Positions 15,561-22,636 of a DNA stretch of 25,069 nucleotides are shown here, in pieces (position 1 is the stretch's first letter; every line of letters begins with the position of its first letter). Position numbers and translations under genes: made by a program. The notes under the pieces were generated by a model. It saw only the letters and a program-made list of their open reading frames with translations. It was not told the origin of the DNA and did not search any database. The DNA is from Candidatus Woesearchaeota archaeon (GTDB lineage Archaea > Nanobdellota > Nanobdellia > Woesearchaeales > UBA11576): contig JAHWIS010000088.1 in assembly GCA_019322385.1 (NCBI GenBank), positions 1 through 25,069 of the forward strand, given 5' to 3'.

Positions 15561-16997
15561 TTGAAGTTGATTAATGGGGAAAAAAGAGATAAAAAAGAGT
15601 TTGTGACAATAAGCTCAGAGCTTAGAGACAATGGTATACTCATTTCTGTGAATGGCAAGAAGTATAAAATAGAGTGGCCCACTGAATTGTGGAAGAAGGT
15701 CTCTGCTGATGAGAAGAAGCTGCTTCTCGACAACCTGACATTCACGCAGACCTGCCACCTGGCTGCATCACATAAAAAGAAAGGGATATTCTACAATACA
15801 GCAATGCCTTGCTTTGAGACATTTGCATTCAAAGGGACGCTTTACGATGCCCCATCAACCGCCGTGATAGACCATGAGAAGACAGTCGATTACATAAGGC
15901 GGTTCTTTAATTCTGAATTTGTCTTTTCCAATAATGAAATAGCCATGCCTTCAAATGGTAAGAAGACAAAGATAAAGTGGAAAACCAAGAAGAGCGCAAT
16001 AATACTATTCACTGCAGGGAAAGAGAGCCTGCTGAACCTGGCGCTATGCATGGAGCTGGGCATAACACCTATACCTGTCTACATAGACGAGGACCCTAAT
16101 GGGCCAGAATCAAAACACAAATACAAGATAATAGAACAATTCGAGAAAGACTACAGCATAAAGGTGCACAGGATAGTGAACGAGCCAGGAAAGTTGAGGT
16201 ACTGCGACCTCGGAGAAGATGAGAACAACTGGGGCGCAGGCACGCAGTTCCTGACATATTCTCTTGCTATCATGCCTTTTGTCAAACAATATGGGATTGA
16301 TTATGTCCTGTTCGGCAATGAGTACAGCTGCGATGAGTACATATATGACAAAGAAGGATTCAAGAGCAATTTCTGCTTTGACCAGTGCACAGAATGGACC
16401 AAACAGCTGGATATAGTCGCGAAGACAATGACTAGCAATGGTGTTGCTGTGGGGAGCCTTGTAGGGCCATTGTATGAGATAGGTCTTGTTAAGATACTTC
16501 ATGAACGGTATCCTGCTCTGGCAAAGCTGCAGATGTCGTGCTTTTCAGACACAGAAGAGGGTAAGAAACGGGTGTGGTGCGGTAACTGCTCGAAATGCGC
16601 AAGGATGTTTGTTTTCTTCAAGGCACTAGGTATAGATACTGGCTCCATGGGTTTTAAGAACAACATGTTCAACAAGCCAAGCAAGGACAAGTTCTCTATA
16701 TTCGGCACAGAAGGTCTCTATAGCTATGACGTGTCTGGGCTAGGATCAGAGGAACAGGCACTGGCTTTCTATCTTGCTGCAGAGAAAGGAGAGACAGGAT
16801 ACCTGATCGACAAGTTCAGCAAGCTGAAGGCATGCAGGGATATAAAATCAAACATGATGGATGTATACAACAAATACTTCTCTCAGCACGAAAGCAGCTC
16901 GATGCCTACAGACCTCAAGAGACAGGTCATGGACATATATGCACAGACATTCAGGGGAGGATTCAGCCCGAAGGATTTTAGGGTTATTAAACAGTAA
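15561..16997 (+). CDS. PP-loop (adenine nucleotide alpha-hydrolase) enzyme, QueC/MurL-like
   Basis: LFTAGKESLL (PP-loop variant), LFGNEYS, SLVGPLYE, SCF and WCGNCSKC Zn cluster. Confidence 0.7.
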   Translation: MKLINGEKRDKKEFVTISSELRDNGILISVNGKKYKIEWPTELWKKVSADEKKLLLDNLTFTQTCHLAASHKKKGIFYNTAMPCFETFAFKGTLYDAPSTAVIDHEKTVDYIRRFFNSEFVFSNNEIAMPSNGKKTKIKWKTKKSAIILFTAGKESLLNLALCMELGITPIPVYIDEDPNGPESKHKYKIIEQFEKDYSIKVHRIVNEPGKLRYCDLGEDENNWGAGTQFLTYSLAIMPFVKQYGIDYVLFGNEYSCDEYIYDKEGFKSNFCFDQCTEWTKQLDIVAKTMTSNGVAVGSLVGPLYEIGLVKILHERYPALAKLQMSCFSDTEEGKKRVWCGNCSKCARMFVFFKALGIDTGSMGFKNNMFNKPSKDKFSIFGTEGLYSYDVSGLGSEEQALAFYLAAEKGETGYLIDKFSKLKACRDIKSNMMDVYNKYFSQHESSSMPTDLKRQVMDIYAQTFRGGFSPKDFRVIKQ

Positions 16998-17029
16998 AAT
17001 TATTAAGAATAGGCTAATTCTCGGTTTCT

Positions 17030-18790
17030 ATGGCAAGAATAGCTATAGTAAAGAAGCAGGAATGCAATCCTATGGGCTGCGGCAACTATCTCTGCGCCAA
17101 GGTCTGCCCTGTGAACAGGAAAGGCGAGGAGTGCATCAAGGCTTCGGCCCTGGACAAGAAGGCTGAGATAGATGAAGAACTATGCATAGGGTGCGGCATA
17201 TGCGCAAACAGATGCCCTTTTGATGCTATAGACATAATCAACCTTCCAGAAGAGCTAAAGCAGGACCCTATACACAGGTATGGTGCCAACGGGTTCTCGC
17301 TCTTTTCACTGCCGACACCGATGTTCGGCAAAGTGGTTGGTGTGCTTGGAGTTAACGGCATAGGAAAATCGACAGCGATAAAGATAGTCGCAGGCGTGCT
17401 GAAGCCTAACCTTGGCAGGACAGACGGAACAGAAGCAGGATATGATGAGCTGGCAGAGTTCTTCAAAGGCACAGAAGCGCAGAACTTCTTTGAAAAGGTG
17501 AGAGATGGGAAGATCGTGACAGCGTACAAGCCGCAAAATGTGGACGCGATACCTAAACAGGTGAGCGGGAGTGTAAGAGATATTCTTCAGAAAGCAGACC
17601 AGAGAGGAGTGTTTGACTCTGTTGTCGAGACACTTGAACTCGGCAAGGTCCTGGACAATGATGTAAATAGCATATCTGGCGGGGAGCTGCAGCGAGTCGC
17701 TATAGCTGCAACTGTCATGAAGAAAGCGAACTTGTATGTGTTTGATGAGCCGACTTCTTATCTGGACATAAAGCAGAGGATCAAGGTAAGCAAGTTCATA
17801 CGAGAGCTGGCAGATCCAGAGACAGCAGTGCTCGTCATAGAGCACGACCTAATAATACTAGACTATATCACTGACCTGGTCCACATAATGTATGGTAAGG
17901 AAGGGGGTTATGGAGTCGTGAGCCTTCCCAAGACGACTAAGGCAGGAATCAACATATTCCTTGAAGGCTATCTTCGCGAAGAGAACATACGATTCAGGGA
18001 CTACAAGATACAATTCGCAGCAAAGCCACCAGTACAGAAACAAGGCAAAGAGGTGCAGTGCAGCTGGCAAGGTGTGCAGAAACAGCTCGGCAAGTTCTCC
18101 CTTTCTGCAGACAAAGGCGAGATATATAGGAATGATGTCATAGGCGTACTGGGCGAGAACGGCATAGGAAAGACCAGTTTTGTCAAGATACTTGCAGATG
18201 TAATCAAGGCAGATGAGGGCAAGATCGACCAGAACATCACAGTATCCTACAAATCACAGTACCTGGAAGGCGGAGATGATGTTGTGATGGCTGTGCTTGG
18301 CGAGGCAGTAGAGAAATACGATGCGCAGCTGATAAGGCCACTGAACATCAAGCCATTGCTTATGAAGAAACTGAATGAGCTGAGCGGCGGAGAGCTGCAG
18401 AGGGTTGCGATCGCGCTCTGCCTGTCAAAGCAGGCAAACCTTTACCTGCTGGACGAGCCTGCAGCATATCTTGATGTGGAGCAGAGGATAAGGGTCTCTA
18501 AGATAATAGCAGACATCATGGAGCAACGCGGGACATCTGCGCTTGTTGTAGACCACGACCTGCTGTTCATTGATTATCTTTCTAAGAAACTGATGGTGTT
18601 TGAAGGAGAACCTGCTGTTTCTGGTAGCGTGACAGGGCCGTTTGACATGCAGGAAGGTATGAACCGGTTCCTGACAGGGCTTGAGATAACTATGCGGCGT
18701 GATGAGGAAACACTTCGTCCCCGGATCAATAAACCAGGAAGCCAGAAAGACAGGGAGCAGATAAGCGCGAACAAGCTCTATTATGTATGA
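17030..18790 (+). CDS. rli: Ribosome recycling ATPase ABCE1/RLI
   Basis: N-terminal Fe-S cysteines (C..CP, CIGCGICANRCPF), two NBDs (GVNGIGKS, GENGIGKT, SGGELQR), C-terminal RPRINK. Confidence 0.97.
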   Translation: MARIAIVKKQECNPMGCGNYLCAKVCPVNRKGEECIKASALDKKAEIDEELCIGCGICANRCPFDAIDIINLPEELKQDPIHRYGANGFSLFSLPTPMFGKVVGVLGVNGIGKSTAIKIVAGVLKPNLGRTDGTEAGYDELAEFFKGTEAQNFFEKVRDGKIVTAYKPQNVDAIPKQVSGSVRDILQKADQRGVFDSVVETLELGKVLDNDVNSISGGELQRVAIAATVMKKANLYVFDEPTSYLDIKQRIKVSKFIRELADPETAVLVIEHDLIILDYITDLVHIMYGKEGGYGVVSLPKTTKAGINIFLEGYLREENIRFRDYKIQFAAKPPVQKQGKEVQCSWQGVQKQLGKFSLSADKGEIYRNDVIGVLGENGIGKTSFVKILADVIKADEGKIDQNITVSYKSQYLEGGDDVVMAVLGEAVEKYDAQLIRPLNIKPLLMKKLNELSGGELQRVAIALCLSKQANLYLLDEPAAYLDVEQRIRVSKIIADIMEQRGTSALVVDHDLLFIDYLSKKLMVFEGEPAVSGSVTGPFDMQEGMNRFLTGLEITMRRDEETLRPRINKPGSQKDREQISANKLYYV

Positions 18791-18795
18791 ATATT

Positions 18796-19218
18796 TTAAT
18801 TCTTGTGAAAAAGAATATCTTCTATCTTTTTTTGGTCTTCAGGTGAGAGTTCTTTCACAAAATAATCCTTATTATGGACCTGCTCTCTTGTAGGGAACTG
18901 GATAGGCTATCCCCAGTCAGTGTCTGCCTCCCATCTTGGGAATATATGGCCATGGACATGACGGGTCCAGTTGCAGTTTATCTGCCAATTTATTATAGAC
19001 GGGTGGATGACCTGCTCGATAGCCCTGCCAACCTTGAGCCAGGCTTCCATAATAGCGCAGGCCTCTTCTTTGGAGAGCTCTGTGAGGTTATCGGCATGTC
19101 GCTTCAAAATGACCTTGACATGCCCCCTTATGTATGGGGAGCCCCAGACAGCGACGACATGATCATTCTCATATATCTTCTTGTAATGCTTTTCCCATTC
19201 GCAGAACTTGCAATTCAT
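18796..19218 (-). CDS. HIT-family hydrolase interrupted by an in-frame TAG (18907-18909); 103 aa truncated or 140 aa read-through
   Basis: CKFC, GHVKVI and HVHGHIFPR motifs. The frame continues 36 codons past the TAG, with similarity to the neighbouring paralog. Confidence 0.75.
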
Positions 19219-19219
19219 C

Positions 19220-19753
19220 TTACCAGAGCTCCTTCTTTATCTTATCAAGTTCTTTCTTGAACACTGCAAGCTCTTTCTTGGTCAGTGTCTTTGGCTTGAA
19301 CTTGGCGTCCCTTGGCGGGATAACAGGAGGGTTACCCCAGTCAGCGTCTGTCTTGAACCTCGGATAGACATTCCAATGGACATGGTGGTCCCAGTTGTCT
19401 AGGTATTCAAGATTGAAAAGATCAGGCTTTATCGCCCTGCCTAATGCCTTCATGATCTTTATGGTATCATTCATGAAAGAGTCCAGTGTCTTCTCATGGA
19501 GACTGAGAAGGTCCTCCTCGTGGGACTTAGGCATGATGACAAGCTTACCCTTGTGGTGCTGCCTGCCGAACATCACAACAATATGATTGTTCTCGAAAAG
19601 AATCCTCTCTTTTGTATGGATCAGCTTGCAGAACTTACAGTCAGGATGCTGATTTGGGTGATGTTTTTTTTTCTTGACAAACTTGAAGCGGGATTCTCCT
19701 GTTTTTTTGCTGCTCTTTTTCTTCTTGGCTTTTGTTGTTTTCTTTTTTGCCAC
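19220..19753 (-). CDS. HIT-family protein with Lys-rich N-terminal tail and variant triad (HVHWN)
   Basis: DCKFC, LVIMPKSH and HHVHWNVYPR motifs; SD AGGTGA before the GTG start. Confidence 0.85.
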   Translation of the reverse strand: MAKKKTTKAKKKKSSKKTGESRFKFVKKKKHHPNQHPDCKFCKLIHTKERILFENNHIVVMFGRQHHKGKLVIMPKSHEEDLLSLHEKTLDSFMNDTIKIMKALGRAIKPDLFNLEYLDNWDHHVHWNVYPRFKTDADWGNPPVIPPRDAKFKPKTLTKKELAVFKKELDKIKKELW

Positions 19754-19788
19754 AAAATCACCTGCGGAACAATAATATAATGCCTTAT

Positions 19789-20349
19789 TTAAGCATTTCC
19801 TTTGCTCTCGCCCTTGACAAGCCCTGCGCCGATTAGGTGGGCTATCCTGAGGGGCTCTGGAAGATAAGAGCGTGTCGCAGTCGTCTTTATTATCTTTTTT
19901 GCTTCGTCAAATGATATCCCTGCAAACTGGATATATACCCTTCCGGCTTTCTTTGGCGCTCCTGCCTTGTCGAGCAGTTTTATCTTGCGCTGCATGCCAA
20001 GCCTCTTGAGGATGCGCTTTATGTTATCCAGGTCTGGTTTTCTTCGCACCACTACGACAACAGGTATCTTTGTCAGGCTGTAGAGCTTGTGGATGTCGAT
20101 GACATTGAAGCCTGCCATGTTGATACCGTCGAGAAACATGCATCTCAGCTGGGACTTGAACCTTGACCTGTTGATCATATCTGCGAGCTTTGATGTTGAA
20201 TTCATCCCGTCAACGCGGATCTTTGTAGAGACCACTCCATCAGCATAATTGCCTCCCCTGAAGAAAATACCGATGACAGTCGCGTAGCGGTCCTTGAACT
20301 TGTCAAAAGGAGAATCATCGATCCCTAACACACGTATTTCCTTTTTCAT
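19789..20349 (-). CDS. DUF99 (UPF0215, endonuclease V-like) family protein
   Basis: RVLGIDDSPF, IRVDGMNST, LDGINMAGFNVID and PEPLRIAHLI motifs; start at 20349, just after the upstream stop. Confidence 0.88.
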   Translation of the reverse strand: MKKEIRVLGIDDSPFDKFKDRYATVIGIFFRGGNYADGVVSTKIRVDGMNSTSKLADMINRSRFKSQLRCMFLDGINMAGFNVIDIHKLYSLTKIPVVVVVRRKPDLDNIKRILKRLGMQRKIKLLDKAGAPKKAGRVYIQFAGISFDEAKKIIKTTATRSYLPEPLRIAHLIGAGLVKGESKGNA

Positions 20350-20350
20350 G

Positions 20351-21133
20351 TTATATTCTTCTACCAAGGGTTATGAAACCAGAGTGTATTGTTGTCTTTG
20401 ACCTTGGCCTTACTTTCCTTTTTTCGACTTCCCATTGCCGCTCTATGACCTCTACTGTGTTAAGATGTATGAAATCTTTTCTCTTGAGCAGAGCGTTTAC
20501 AAAATCCGCTGTCTGCATTATTGTCGGAGAGTAGGAGATTATGAATCCTCCTGGTTTTAGGGTTGTTGATGCTGGATCGATTGCGTCCCAGGGGGCGGGA
20601 AGATCGAGGCATATAAGGTCTGCACTCTTTTCATCTATCTTCTTGCATAGATCCTTGTTCTTAAGAGTTATGTTCTTTATGTTCAGGTTCTTTATGTTCT
20701 CTTTTGCAACATCTAGATGCTTTTTCTCGATTTCGTATGAATATACTTTCTTGCAATACCTTGAAAGAAATATCGCAAGCGCTCCAGAACCTGTGCCTCC
20801 TTCGACGACAATGGAATTCGGGCCTACACCTGTCTTTGCGATGATATAACCTATGTCTTTTAGAGGGATTATCTGGGGCAGACGCCTTATTCGCTTGTAT
20901 GTATCGATGAAAGAAGCGTCAAATATGTTAAACTCCTTGTCCTGCGATGACTTGACTGTGCCTGTCTTTTTTAGATCTGCCTTTTTTATTATGCCATACG
21001 TCGTCGAGAAATCCCTTGAGAAGTCATCTACATAGAACCTCTTCTCCTTAACTGTAGTCACTTCCCTATCAAGGTCCTCTATATACTGCTTTTTCCCTTT
21101 CCTTATCAGGATCTTTGCTTTTTTTGCAGGCAT
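20351..21133 (-). CDS. trmI: tRNA (adenine57/58-N1)-methyltransferase
   Basis: RLPQIIPLKD, VEGGTGSGAL, SYE, LDLPAPW, YSP, RPR..IHSGFI motifs. Alternative GTG start at 21145. Confidence 0.9.
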   Translation of the reverse strand: MPAKKAKILIRKGKKQYIEDLDREVTTVKEKRFYVDDFSRDFSTTYGIIKKADLKKTGTVKSSQDKEFNIFDASFIDTYKRIRRLPQIIPLKDIGYIIAKTGVGPNSIVVEGGTGSGALAIFLSRYCKKVYSYEIEKKHLDVAKENIKNLNIKNITLKNKDLCKKIDEKSADLICLDLPAPWDAIDPASTTLKPGGFIISYSPTIMQTADFVNALLKRKDFIHLNTVEVIERQWEVEKRKVRPRSKTTIHSGFITLGRRI

Positions 21134-21141
21134 TCTAGAAA

Positions 21142-22635
21142 TCACTTCTTAGGCTTGATCTCTTTCAATATCTGCTCGACAACCTGCTTAGGCCAGCCTT
21201 TCTCAATCAGGGCTTTCCTGACCTGCGCATCCTTGAATCCAAGGCTGTAAGCATGGAATATGTATTTCTCAAGCTCAAGCTTCTTTGCTTTTGATATCTC
21301 TACAGATCTTTCTGGTTTTGCTTCAGGTTTCTTTTCTGGAATTCCCTTTTCTACTGTTCCCTGTTTTAAAACAGGGGCAGGTTCGGAGCCCTTTGAAGAA
21401 GTTTCGGGTAAACCATCAGGCTCCAAACCTGTCCTAGTTACAGTAGGGGGTTTTTCCAGGTGGTGCAGCCTAACCCTGTAAAGGGCTATGCCTCCCACTA
21501 GGAATATGACGAATACCAATGCAGCCACTATTGTCCAGATACCTATTGGTGATTCTGGAACCTGCAGCTCTTCTGGTGAAGGTGCAGCAGGTGATGGCGC
21601 AGCGGTCGGTGTTGGCCTTGGTGCAGGTGCTGCAGGTAGCGCAGCAGCCTCTTCTGTCGCCGGCACTCTCGGCCTTGGCGGCAGCAATGGGAATGAGAAT
21701 GTTGGCCTCTCTATTGTCTTGAAAGTCAATACTGCAAACTGGTTAGAGACATACATAGAGACCTCTATATCCCTGTTGAGGAAGGAAGTGAGGCCTATTG
21801 TCTTGAACTCGCCGAGCTTTATGTCATAAGTGAGGAATGATGCAAGGGACTTGAGCTGTACCTTGTGATGGCCGACACTAGTGACCCTGAAATGATATTC
21901 ACCGCCCTTGAACAGGATTATGAGCTCATCTCCCTGTATCACCTGGACTGATTCTCCTTCACGTGTTGGAGTTACGTAGATTATCTTGGGGCTGCCGAGG
22001 CCTCCGCCTCCGCCGCCTCCACCACCACCGCCACCGCCAGTTGTGCCTCCAGTAGTGGTAGTATCCTGCGTTATGAAAAACGATGAGAATCCGCTTGTGC
22101 TTGCTGAAGCTATGTTATTTGAAGCGCTTGTGGCAAGCAGACTGCAGGTTGAAGTGTTTGTTGTGTTTGTGATGAAGTCGAAGTCACACTGGAACAGCTT
22201 TGGATTTGATATTTCCGATGCATAATCAGTGTAATCGATGTATAATGTGTATGATTTTGACGTCAGTTCTGATATGTTGAATGCATATGCATATTTAGCC
22301 CTGTATGTCCCTGAGTTTAGGCCAACGCTTCCGTCGTAGTTCTGGACATTCAGGTCAAGCACTCTTGCCTTTATGTTAAGCTGCGGAGCCTCTGTGCTGT
22401 TCAATGTAGGCATGTATATCTTGAACTTGCTGTCATTGTTCACTAATTCCAGTTTCCATGTCGTGTCAGGCAGATTGACAACCACTGTGTCAGGTACTGT
22501 CACAGTATCTGTGGCCAATATGTCGTCATTGACTGAGCTGTATGTGTATGTCACTTCCTCTGCAGATGCAAATGAAGCAAGAGCTATTGCTATGAAAATG
22601 AATGCAAGGATCTTTGCTGTTGTTTTATGTTTCAT
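21142..22635 (-). CDS. Membrane-anchored surface protein (signal peptide, beta-rich domains, poly-Gly and Pro/Ala linkers, single TM, cytoplasmic tail)
   Basis: N-terminal signal, GFSSFFI motif before a Thr/Gly linker, TM IWTIVAALVFVIFLVGGIALY, C-terminal YI..G...GW helical motif. Confidence 0.8.
   Translation of the reverse strand: MKHKTTAKILAFIFIAIALASFASAEEVTYTYSSVNDDILATDTVTVPDTVVVNLPDTTWKLELVNNDSKFKIYMPTLNSTEAPQLNIKARVLDLNVQNYDGSVGLNSGTYRAKYAYAFNISELTSKSYTLYIDYTDYASEISNPKLFQCDFDFITNTTNTSTCSLLATSASNNIASASTSGFSSFFITQDTTTTGGTTGGGGGGGGGGGGGLGSPKIIYVTPTREGESVQVIQGDELIILFKGGEYHFRVTSVGHHKVQLKSLASFLTYDIKLGEFKTIGLTSFLNRDIEVSMYVSNQFAVLTFKTIERPTFSFPLLPPRPRVPATEEAAALPAAPAPRPTPTAAPSPAAPSPEELQVPESPIGIWTIVAALVFVIFLVGGIALYRVRLHHLEKPPTVTRTGLEPDGLPETSSKGSEPAPVLKQGTVEKGIPEKKPEAKPERSVEISKAKKLELEKYIFHAYSLGFKDAQVRKALIEKGWPKQVVEQILKEIKPKK
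22000..22038 (-). repeat. Gly13 codon run (linker)
   Basis: Mixed GGC/GGA/GGT codons within the surface protein. Confidence 0.85.
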
Positions 22636-22636
22636 G

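Noticed and set aside
22000..22038. GC-rich triplet run as a possible contingency locus or repeat array
   Set aside because: Mixed synonymous Gly codons indicate an ordinary protein linker.
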